This document shows, piece after piece, positions 50,563-58,923 of a stretch of 64,000 nt of DNA; position 1 is the first letter of the stretch, and every line of letters begins with the position of its first letter. The stretch lies in contig CAVXVB010000005.1 of the NCBI GenBank assembly GCA_963765205.1, forward strand, positions 448,001 through 512,000. The letters are read 5' to 3'. Under the pieces are notes generated by a model. The model ran no database searches. It was not told the DNA's origin and worked only from the letters and a program-made list of their open reading frames with translations. Both the position numbers and the translations under genes were made by a program. The DNA is from an uncultured Verrucomicrobiae bacterium. Its GTDB lineage: Bacteria; Verrucomicrobiota; Verrucomicrobiia; Opitutales; JABDGR01.

Positions 50563-52320
50563 ATGTCCTCCAAAACCCTCGTCATTAACTGCGGCGCCAG
50601 CCATGTGGCCGCCGCTGTTTTTTCTTACACCAACGGCAAGCTTACGTTGGAAGATTTGGACACGCGTGACCTCCGCTACGATGTCGCCAAGGAAGAAGCG
50701 TGGCTGCCCGCCGTCGCCGAGGGCCTGCGCGACCTGACCCGCGCGAACCCCAAGTTCAAAGGCAAAGCCACTTTTATTCTACCCGGCTACCAGCTCCTTA
50801 TCAAGCCCATCAAGATCCCGCATGTGGATCCCTCGAAGCGCACGCAGATCATAGCTTTCGAAGCCCAGAACAACATTCCCTTCCCGCTCACCGAGGCGGT
50901 CTGGGGCAGCCAGGTCATTGCCGATGACGGCATTGAAACCGAAGTCCTCCTCGCCGCCCAAAAGGCCGAGGCCGCCAACCGCTTTTGCGGCCTGATGTCC
51001 ACCATCGGTTTCGAGCCGGTGGCCCTCCAGCCCAGCTCGCTGCTCGATTTTAACGCTTACAAGCTTGTCCACGGCAACGACCTCGAGGACACCCTGGTCG
51101 TCAACATCGGCGCCCGCTCGACCAATCTCACGTTCATCAGTCCGGCCGGCATCTTCATCCGCAACGTCAGCCTGGGCGGCAATTCCCTGACCCAGATGGT
51201 GGCCGACGGCCTCGGCAAGCCCTTCCTGCAAGCGGAGGAACTCAAAGTCAACTTTTACACGGGGGAGACCCCCTTCCAGGCGGACGACCCCTCGGTCGCC
51301 CCGCTCCAAGCCAAGGCGCAGGATTTCATGAAGCGCCTCAGCCAGCAGATTACGCAGTCTATTATAGCTTACCGCCGCGCCAGCAACCGCGCCGCGCCGG
51401 CGCGCATCCTCCTGACCGGCCGCGGCAGCCTCCTGGCCGGCCTGCCCGAATACCTCAGCGAGATGCAAAAAGTCTCGGTGGACTATTTCAACCCCACGGC
51501 CGTCCTCGGCGTCGGCGCCCGTGTTAATCGCGGCATGTTGGGCCAGCTCTATTATCAAATTAGCGAAATCACGGGCGAAGCCGCGCGGCTGGCCAAGCCC
51601 GATGCCATGGGCGTCAACCTCCTTCCGCCCCTCATCCGCTCCCGCCTCGCGTTCCAACGCAAACAGCCCTTTCTCGTCCTGGCCGGCGTCTGCCTGGCCC
51701 TCGCCCCGTTGCCAATGCTTTACCGGCTCTACGCGCAAAAATCCACCATCCTGGCGGAAACGAAGGAATGGAAGAGCCGGTCGGACACCCTCGCTTCGAT
51801 GGCCAAACAGATTTCGACGGCTTCCGACCAAGCCGATGCCACGGCCAACCAAATCTCCCAGTATCAGAATCTGTATGAATCCCGCTTTAACTGGATCACT
51901 TTCTTCACCGACCTCCAAAAGGCGCTCGTAGACACGAAGGACGTTTGGATTGATAATCTTTCCGTGGACCGGGAAATTCCGCTGGCGGTTCCCATCCTCA
52001 GCCGCCCAACCCGGGGACGGGCCGCGGGCACGGCCGCCGCCGGTTCGCCGGATGCCGCCACGCCGCCCCCGCCCGCCGCCGTTTACAAAATTGACATCCA
52101 AGGCCGCATGTTGCTCCGCGATGTGGATCCGGACGCCAGGGTCGCCCGCTTCAGCCAGGTGGGGGCGCAGGCGAGCATCAAGAAACTCATGGAAGCCTGC
52201 GCCAGTATTCCCTTTGTCAAGGCGGTGCCTCCGGAAAGCTTCAAATCCGACTTCCTCACTGACCGCCGCATTGTCGGTTTCGAGTTCACGCTGGTTATCA
52301 ATCCCCAAAACCCCCTTTAG
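50563..52320 (+). CDS. PilM-like actin-fold protein fused to a PilN-like TM/coiled-coil region (Amuc_1101-like)
   Basis: FEAQNNIPFPL, VNIGARSTNL, RNVSLGGNSLT, LTGRGS, VNLLP, then TM, coiled coil and RFNW. Confidence 0.85.
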   Translation: MSSKTLVINCGASHVAAAVFSYTNGKLTLEDLDTRDLRYDVAKEEAWLPAVAEGLRDLTRANPKFKGKATFILPGYQLLIKPIKIPHVDPSKRTQIIAFEAQNNIPFPLTEAVWGSQVIADDGIETEVLLAAQKAEAANRFCGLMSTIGFEPVALQPSSLLDFNAYKLVHGNDLEDTLVVNIGARSTNLTFISPAGIFIRNVSLGGNSLTQMVADGLGKPFLQAEELKVNFYTGETPFQADDPSVAPLQAKAQDFMKRLSQQITQSIIAYRRASNRAAPARILLTGRGSLLAGLPEYLSEMQKVSVDYFNPTAVLGVGARVNRGMLGQLYYQISEITGEAARLAKPDAMGVNLLPPLIRSRLAFQRKQPFLVLAGVCLALAPLPMLYRLYAQKSTILAETKEWKSRSDTLASMAKQISTASDQADATANQISQYQNLYESRFNWITFFTDLQKALVDTKDVWIDNLSVDREIPLAVPILSRPTRGRAAGTAAAGSPDAATPPPPAAVYKIDIQGRMLLRDVDPDARVARFSQVGAQASIKKLMEACASIPFVKAVPPESFKSDFLTDRRIVGFEFTLVINPQNPL

Positions 52321-52372
52321 GCCGCATCCGGCTCCACTCCCTTTTCGCGCCCATCCCTAATTTTCCGCCCCC

Positions 52373-53371
52373 ATGGATTTCGTCAAACGATACCCGATTT
52401 TGACCGCGATTTTGGTCTTCTGCATTCTCGCGTTCGCCGGCGAGATGTTTTTCCTCCGCACCTTCAGCCGCAGCGTGGCCATCGCGGAGAGGGATCGCAG
52501 CACGGCCAAGCAGCGGGCGCAAGGCTCCCTGGGCGAGCAAATGGCCATCGCCCCCACCCCTGACAATCTGGCGGCCGCCCAGCAAAATGCCAATGACCTG
52601 AAGGCGGTTCTCGACACGGTCAAATCCACGTTGCAGGACACGCCGGACAAAATCACGGATGCGCCCGGCAGCGGCCCCGAGTTGCTGGTGGACATCCAGA
52701 GTTATGCTTCCGACCTGCAAGCCAAGGCCAAGGATAAAGACGTCGTGCTGCCCGACCCCGATTACACCTTTGGCATGGCCATGTATGTCGGCCGCGGCGT
52801 CTCCGCGCCCCCCGCCGATAAAATCACGGCCGTTTACACCCAGATGAAAGTGCTTCAGTATATCCTGAACCATCTCATGGATGACGCCAAGCTGCCCAAC
52901 CAGCCCATGAAACTCGTCTCGGTGCTCCGCGAAGATGTCACCGCCGTCAAGCGCACGGGCTTTGTGGCCGCCGCGACCGCCCAGACTGATGACGAGAAAA
53001 CAGAAATTTTCAGCATTGACCCCGCCGTTACCGCCCGCGTCCCCGGCTTTATTGACACGCTGGCCTTCCAAATCAAGTTCATCAGCTACACCGAATCCCT
53101 CCGGCTGCTCCTGCAAGACCTCAAGAATTTCGAGTTGCCCCTCGTGGTGCGCAGCATTGAGGTCGAACCGGCCACTGACGACCGCGCCGGCGCGACGCCC
53201 AACACCGGCAAGAAAAACGTGAGCGATGCCGCCAAGCCCGTGATCGCGGAGAATCTCTCGCAATTCACCCTCGTCATCGAGTATATTCAGTTGCCCACGC
53301 CCCCGGCTCCCGCCGATGCCGCCGGCATGGCCGCTCCCGCGACTACGGCCGCCCCCGCCGCCAGCAATTGA
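52373..53371 (+). CDS. Amuc_1100-like / PilO-like pilus-associated protein
   Basis: N-terminal TM, coiled coil, F..Y motif, C-terminal ferredoxin-like segment (FQIKF...LVVRSIEV); third gene of the cluster. Confidence 0.65.
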   Translation: MDFVKRYPILTAILVFCILAFAGEMFFLRTFSRSVAIAERDRSTAKQRAQGSLGEQMAIAPTPDNLAAAQQNANDLKAVLDTVKSTLQDTPDKITDAPGSGPELLVDIQSYASDLQAKAKDKDVVLPDPDYTFGMAMYVGRGVSAPPADKITAVYTQMKVLQYILNHLMDDAKLPNQPMKLVSVLREDVTAVKRTGFVAAATAQTDDEKTEIFSIDPAVTARVPGFIDTLAFQIKFISYTESLRLLLQDLKNFELPLVVRSIEVEPATDDRAGATPNTGKKNVSDAAKPVIAENLSQFTLVIEYIQLPTPPAPADAAGMAAPATTAAPAASN

Positions 53372-53420
53372 TTTTCATTCCGCCCCCCAACTTTAACGCC
53401 ATCCCCAGCCATCGTCCGGC

Positions 53421-54524
53421 ATGAAAAATAATTACGACAAAATTCTCTTCCTCCTCGGGCTAATCATTCTAGTCATCGGGGCCGGCATCTTTTTCCAAAA
53501 AGGCGGCACGCCCAAGCCCTTGCACATTGCTCCCCCGCACCTCACCGGCGCCAGTTATACGCCCATTCCGGTGCCCGAAACAAAGCAACAGAATCCGCTT
53601 TGGGAGCAGCCGCCGGACCAGCGTGAGGATCTCAATGACCCCGGCTGGACCTATTCCATTTTCACCCCGCCCAAAATTTGGTGGGAAACCGGCAATGGCT
53701 GGATTGTCCAGCCCCCCGTGCCGGTCGGCCCGCCGCCGCCCTTTGGCGTGCATCTCGTCAAATCCGGCGAGGAGCTTTACCGCGTGCAGGTGCAAGGCGT
53801 CTCCGGCGCCGGCAACAAGGATGACATTATCAATTTCAGCGACGAGGATGACGGCAACGACTTCCAGCTTAAAGTCGGCGAGGAAAACACGCTCCACCAA
53901 ATCAAGGTGCTGGACATGACCATTCCCGACCAGCCCGATGTGTCGCACGGCGTCTGGAATAAAAACGCCACCGTCACGATCCTCGACGAACGCACCAACG
54001 AGACGCTCACGCTCACCCAGGGCGTCCTCTATTCTCCGACTGGCAACCGCTTTTGCATCCTCCAATTCGAGGAGCCCTTCGGCACCGACGAATGGAAAGT
54101 CTCCAAAGTTGGCGACAGCCAGGAATTCCCCGGCAGCACCATCAATCTCCCCGACCCGGTAAAATTCGTTGTGGACGCTATTGACTTCGATACCCCGACT
54201 GTTACGGTCGAACGTCAGACCAAAAATAAACGCCATCTGGACGTTCCCCCCACCATCCAAACCCTGGCCCTGCCGGACACCTCCACCCCCGCGCCCGTAG
54301 TGAGCGCAACCACCGCCCCCAAAACCCTGACCCACTCCTTCAGCACGCCCGCGTCGAAGCCGCCCGCCTCCAACTACGCGGCACCCCAGCCCATGCATGC
54401 CGCCAGCACGATCACGGTCAACAAGGTGCCCGCCGCGGCTTCGACCACCCCCAAAGCCGGCTCGGCCCAATCCATCGGTGTCAAACAAACCCCGGCGTCG
54501 AGTAGTGGTACCGGTAATAGATAA
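53421..54524 (+). CDS. Amuc_1099-like pilus-associated protein
   Basis: KNNYDKILFLL N-terminus with TM; position between the Amuc_1100-like gene and the secretin. Confidence 0.6.
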   Translation: MKNNYDKILFLLGLIILVIGAGIFFQKGGTPKPLHIAPPHLTGASYTPIPVPETKQQNPLWEQPPDQREDLNDPGWTYSIFTPPKIWWETGNGWIVQPPVPVGPPPPFGVHLVKSGEELYRVQVQGVSGAGNKDDIINFSDEDDGNDFQLKVGEENTLHQIKVLDMTIPDQPDVSHGVWNKNATVTILDERTNETLTLTQGVLYSPTGNRFCILQFEEPFGTDEWKVSKVGDSQEFPGSTINLPDPVKFVVDAIDFDTPTVTVERQTKNKRHLDVPPTIQTLALPDTSTPAPVVSATTAPKTLTHSFSTPASKPPASNYAAPQPMHAASTITVNKVPAAASTTPKAGSAQSIGVKQTPASSSGTGNR

Positions 54525-54587
54525 CGCCATTCACCCCCTTTCCTCACCCCATCCCCTTCAACACCAGCTCCACGCTTGCACCCGCCT

Positions 54588-57500
54588 ATGAAGACGCATC
54601 GGAAATCCCGCCGCTCCACGACCAACGCTCTGGCCCTCGCCGCCGGTTTGCTGGCTGGCGCCCTCCTCCTCGCAACCCCTGTCCTGGCCCAGGCCGCCAA
54701 CCCCGTCGGTTCGGCCAGCGACAAGATCGGCTATTATACCGATGCCATCACCGCCGAACAAAGCGGTGATTACGCCAAAGCCAAAGACCTCCTGAACAAA
54801 ATCATTGCCATGGATCCGACCGATCCGGGCAACAAGGAAGTCGAGGCCCACATCGCCCTGCTCGACCAGGCGATGGCGGCCCAGACCAAAGGCAATCCCA
54901 CCCTCTTTGCCACCAATGGCGCCCCTGCCGCCGCCGCCGTGGCCCCCATCGTGGTAACGCAGTTGCCGGCGGACGCCGCCGCGCCCGCGCCCAGTACCGC
55001 CCCCATGGCCGCACCCATGGCCGCACCCGCGCCGGCCGCCGCGGTTGCGCCCACGGCGGAAGCCGCTGCCGCCATGAAAATCGCGGCGCAAAAACAACAA
55101 AACCAACTCACGGCCGCCCGCTCGGCGATTGCCGAAGCCCGCAGCCTCGAACAAGCCGGCCAGTTTGATGACGCCCGCGCCAAACTCGCCCAGGCCCAGC
55201 AGCAATTGCCCCCCGGCCTCGGCTCGCTCTATGTGGCGCAGGAAATTAACAGTGAAATTGCCAATTCCTATTACAACCAGGCGGTGGATCACTATAACAC
55301 CAAGGCCTACGCGGCGACCAAGGATGACCTGGCCAATTACCTCAAGGCCGGTGGCGACCCCGCCCGCGCCAAGTCCATGCAGGACAAGGTCACCAGCGCG
55401 ATCAACAACCCCATGCTGCAGGATGCCAACGTCGTGGCCCCGGGGTTTGAGTCCAAACAAGACATGATCAAGCAACTGCTCATCAAGGGCGAAGCCGAAT
55501 ACATCCTCGGCGACTTTACGGACGCCATGCAGACGTTTGACACCGTCATCACCAACGACCCGGACAACATACCCGCGCAGGCCTACGAAAAGAAAATCAA
55601 CCAAGTGCTGTTCGACAAGTCCTCCATCAGCCATGATACGACCCGCGCCCAATTCCTCAAGGAAGTCAATGACGACTGGCGCCTGCCCAGCGTTTACACC
55701 GGCACGGAAAATGGCAATACGGGGAACGTGACTATTTCGCCCGACATGAAAAAACTCGGCGAAATCGTCGTGCCCCTGGTGGACATTGACATCCCCACCC
55801 CGCTGGACGAAGTGGTCAACACATTCAGCATGCTCTCCCAGAAATATGACAAGGACGGCAAAGGCCTGACTTTCCACGTCACGCCTCCGCCCAATGGTGA
55901 GGCGATGCCCAAGGTCAAATTGCAAAATTTGCGCGACCAGTCGTTGGAACGCCTCCTCGAATTGGCCTGCCGCGACGTCAATTTCGGCTATTTTGACGAC
56001 AATGGCATCATCGAAGTCAGCCAAGGCTCCAGCAGCGCCATGGGCATGACGGGGCAATTTGAAACGAAGTCCTTCCCCATGACCGAGAGCACGCAGACCC
56101 GCCTGCTCGGTTACACCAGTGGCACGGGCGATACTTCCGGCGGGGCCTCGAGCACCCCGTTCTCCGATTCCTCCAGCGGCGGTTCGAGCAACAGCACCGC
56201 GGGCAGCAGCACCTCTTCCGACTCCGGCAGTTCCGCCCCCGCCCCCAGCGATGTGGAGCAGCGCCTCAGCGACTTCTTCCAGCGCGCCGGCATTGACTTC
56301 CCCCCCGGGGCCCGCATCGCCTACACCCCCGGCGAAATTTATGTGACCAACACGCCCAAGAACCTGGAGATGCTGGGCAACTTCCTCAAGAAGTATAGCT
56401 CGGTCAAGCAGGCGGAAATTGAAGCCCGCTTCCTTGATGTCAGCGAGGGCGACCTCGAGCAATTTGGCACCAATTGGAACGTGGCCAGCCCCACCGGGAA
56501 CACCCAACTCTTCCAAACCAGCTCTGTGGGTGGCGGCAATGCCAGCCTGCGCAACATTGGCGCCGCCTTCCCCCTGGGCAATACCGGCGCCCAGCCCACG
56601 ATTGTGACCGGTCTTTCCACCAGTACGGAAGTCACCACAGACACACTCGAATCCGTGGGCAACACGACGGGATTGGTTGAGTCTACCGGCAATGTCACCA
56701 CCCCTCTGCCCAATCTGACCATCCCGCAAGCCATTCCCACGCTGCCCAATCAAATCAACGTCGGCGGCCAAGCCTCGAATTTGTTCCAAGGCGTCCTGGG
56801 TTATGTCGAAGGCTACAAGCTTAACTTCATCCTCTCGGCCCTGTCCCAGAAGCAAGGCAATGACTTGATGAGCGCGCCCAAAATCGTCTGCATGACCGAG
56901 CATGACGCCAACATCACCATCGCGCAGCAATTGTCCTATCCCGAAACCTTCTCGCCGATTCAGTCGCAAGTCAGCCCGGCCAGCGGCTCCGGCGGCACGG
57001 CCAGCGGCTCCGGCGGTGTGACCATCACGGCCGGCACGCCCAACGGTTTCGTGACGGCCAACATCGGTGTCACCATGAGCGTGGTGCCCAAGATTTATGA
57101 GGACGACACCATCGAGTTGAGCCTCTCCCCGGTGGTGACCGAGTTCGAGGGCTTTATCGAATACGGCGGCACCTCCCTCGCCATTCAGGCCGGCACCACC
57201 GCCAGCGTCCCCTCCGGCTTTATCCAACCCATCTTCGACGTGCGCCAAATCAACACCAACGTCACCATCTTTGACGGCGCCACGGTGGTTCTCGGCGGGC
57301 TGACCCGCGACCAGGTCGAGACCGTGGACGACAAGGTGCCAATCCTGGGCGACCTTCCCCTCGTCGGCCGCCTCTTCCAATCCAAAGGTGAAACTTCGCA
57401 GAAGCGCAACCTGATGATCTTCGTCACGGCCAACATTATATCGCCCGGGGGCGCCCCCGCCAACCAGTCCATCGCCAATATCACGCCTGGCGCGGTCTTC

Positions 57501-57590
57501 CAGAACCCGACCATCGTCACGCCACGGGGTGACGTTCCGCGCGTGCCGGAGAATGCCTTGGGCGCGCCTGCCGCCAACGCGGCCCCCTAG
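54588..57590 (+). CDS. Secretin (PilQ/GspD family, Amuc_1098-like) with N-terminal TPR-like helices
   Basis: QAEIEARF, LMSAPK, NIGVTMSVVP, TNVTIFDGATVVLGGL, KVPILGDLPLVGRLFQS...NLMIFVTA. Confidence 0.92.
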   Translation: MKTHRKSRRSTTNALALAAGLLAGALLLATPVLAQAANPVGSASDKIGYYTDAITAEQSGDYAKAKDLLNKIIAMDPTDPGNKEVEAHIALLDQAMAAQTKGNPTLFATNGAPAAAAVAPIVVTQLPADAAAPAPSTAPMAAPMAAPAPAAAVAPTAEAAAAMKIAAQKQQNQLTAARSAIAEARSLEQAGQFDDARAKLAQAQQQLPPGLGSLYVAQEINSEIANSYYNQAVDHYNTKAYAATKDDLANYLKAGGDPARAKSMQDKVTSAINNPMLQDANVVAPGFESKQDMIKQLLIKGEAEYILGDFTDAMQTFDTVITNDPDNIPAQAYEKKINQVLFDKSSISHDTTRAQFLKEVNDDWRLPSVYTGTENGNTGNVTISPDMKKLGEIVVPLVDIDIPTPLDEVVNTFSMLSQKYDKDGKGLTFHVTPPPNGEAMPKVKLQNLRDQSLERLLELACRDVNFGYFDDNGIIEVSQGSSSAMGMTGQFETKSFPMTESTQTRLLGYTSGTGDTSGGASSTPFSDSSSGGSSNSTAGSSTSSDSGSSAPAPSDVEQRLSDFFQRAGIDFPPGARIAYTPGEIYVTNTPKNLEMLGNFLKKYSSVKQAEIEARFLDVSEGDLEQFGTNWNVASPTGNTQLFQTSSVGGGNASLRNIGAAFPLGNTGAQPTIVTGLSTSTEVTTDTLESVGNTTGLVESTGNVTTPLPNLTIPQAIPTLPNQINVGGQASNLFQGVLGYVEGYKLNFILSALSQKQGNDLMSAPKIVCMTEHDANITIAQQLSYPETFSPIQSQVSPASGSGGTASGSGGVTITAGTPNGFVTANIGVTMSVVPKIYEDDTIELSLSPVVTEFEGFIEYGGTSLAIQAGTTASVPSGFIQPIFDVRQINTNVTIFDGATVVLGGLTRDQVETVDDKVPILGDLPLVGRLFQSKGETSQKRNLMIFVTANIISPGGAPANQSIANITPGAVFQNPTIVTPRGDVPRVPENALGAPAANAAP

Positions 57591-57615
57591 GTTGTGTTCT
57601 AAAATTGGCTTGATC

Positions 57616-57681
57616 CGTAGCGCGGAGGCCACTCCCTCTTTTTCCCACTTGACCTTAGTGATTGATATAAGGCCATTTGCG
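57616..57681 (+). repeat. Imperfect direct repeat, copy 1 (copy 2 at 61646-61711)
   Basis: cgtagcgcggaggccactccctctttttcccacttgaccttagtgattgatataa versus cgtagccgggcggctactcccgctttttgccacttgcacttagtcattgcatataa; 46/55 identities plus one gap by hand count. Confidence 0.7.
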
Positions 57682-57942
57682 AAAGAATGGAGAGTTTTGC
57701 GGATACCGATGGGCCAGTGAGTGGGAACGAACCAAAGACCACTCTTAAGCCCGTTCCGACCCGAAATATACGTGTTCCGAACCTAAAAATCGAGCCAAGT
57801 TTCATCGTTCACCACCCGCAAACCGGGGTGGCTAACGGTTGCCTAAGAAGCCCCAGCAATGCTGCCTAATTGAGTCAGAGGCACCCTATTGGAGTGTGGA
57901 AAAAAGGCCTTGCAAGCGGCAGTTCCTGGTGGCACAGTGTCT

Positions 57943-57998
57943 AGAGCGACCAGTTGGGCCGGTTTCATACCGACCCGGGTTTATCCCCTGGCCGCTCC
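57943..57998 (-). ncRNA. Putative DUF3800-associated structured RNA (three-way junction)
   Basis: GGAGCGGCCAG-GGG ATAAA CCC-GGGTCGGT ATGAA ACCGGCCC-AA-CTGGTCGCTCT, overlapping the DUF3800 stop codon and preceded by A7. Confidence 0.6.
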
Positions 57999-58762
57999 TT
58001 TTTTTGTTGGGAAACCAACCAGTCGATAGTGTCCTTATAGGCTTCGTTGCCGCGATAAATGAGCGGCTCGATTAAGCTAACGCCGCCATCGTCAATCGGT
58101 CTTGAGGGGAAGCCAGCCTTGGCTTCCTCTTTTTTACGCGCACTGTAAACGCACAGGTCGCATAGTTGAATTAGCAAGCTTGATGCCGAATCGATAAAGA
58201 AGCCTTTTTCGATGATCTGTCCAAGTTTCAGCGTTCCTTCCGCGCCCCGGAGAAGTTTGATGGCTTTCTCAACGTCGCCAATAATTTCCCGGTTGTCATC
58301 CGCAATAAAAATACCCAATGGCGACCCAGGCAAAGCCTTGAGATATTCATCCACGACCCGGGCAACCAGAGGAAAAGCAGCAACATGCGGATTGATAATC
58401 ACGCCGGAGCCGAACGTGCTTTGAATCCAACCTTGAAAACGCTTTTTGCTGATTGCCCGATAAATGAGTTTGAGGCCATGCTTTTGAGCGACTTTCAAGC
58501 ATTCGTCACGAAAAGCCAAACGATGACTTACCGGGAAACTGCGGAAGTGCCCCTCGCCATTGCGCAAGCCTTTAGCATGAATTTCAAAGCGATCCGGGCG
58601 AGGCGAAGGGAAATATTTTTCCACGATTCCCCCAAGCTCCTTCTCCATAGGCAGCCAAGTGGTTTCAGGAACGACCAAGGCAGCCAAAACGAAAACGGGT
58701 TGTGCCGCGTCGTTGAGGTTGTTTCCTGTCTGGCCTGATTCGTCAAAATAAACAAGGTGCAT
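57965..58762 (-). CDS. DUF3800 domain protein (RNase H-like fold)
   Basis: YFDESG, FVLAAL, EIHA, IADD, S..IQLCDL..Y motifs. Confidence 0.85.
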   Translation of the reverse strand: MHLVYFDESGQTGNNLNDAAQPVFVLAALVVPETTWLPMEKELGGIVEKYFPSPRPDRFEIHAKGLRNGEGHFRSFPVSHRLAFRDECLKVAQKHGLKLIYRAISKKRFQGWIQSTFGSGVIINPHVAAFPLVARVVDEYLKALPGSPLGIFIADDNREIIGDVEKAIKLLRGAEGTLKLGQIIEKGFFIDSASSLLIQLCDLCVYSARKKEEAKAGFPSRPIDDGGVSLIEPLIYRGNEAYKDTIDWLVSQQKKERPGDKPGSV

Positions 58763-58923
58763 GATAACGAGCAACAAGGGTGCAACGTCAGGCCATTTAA
58801 GTCCATGCCATACTTGCCGGAAGATAAATCTGCCTGGATCCGCCCTGATTTCAATTGATCAAAGAGAAACGGCGTGCTTAAAGTTCCATAGCGGCTAAGG
58901 AACTTGGACTGTCTTGGGCTAGA

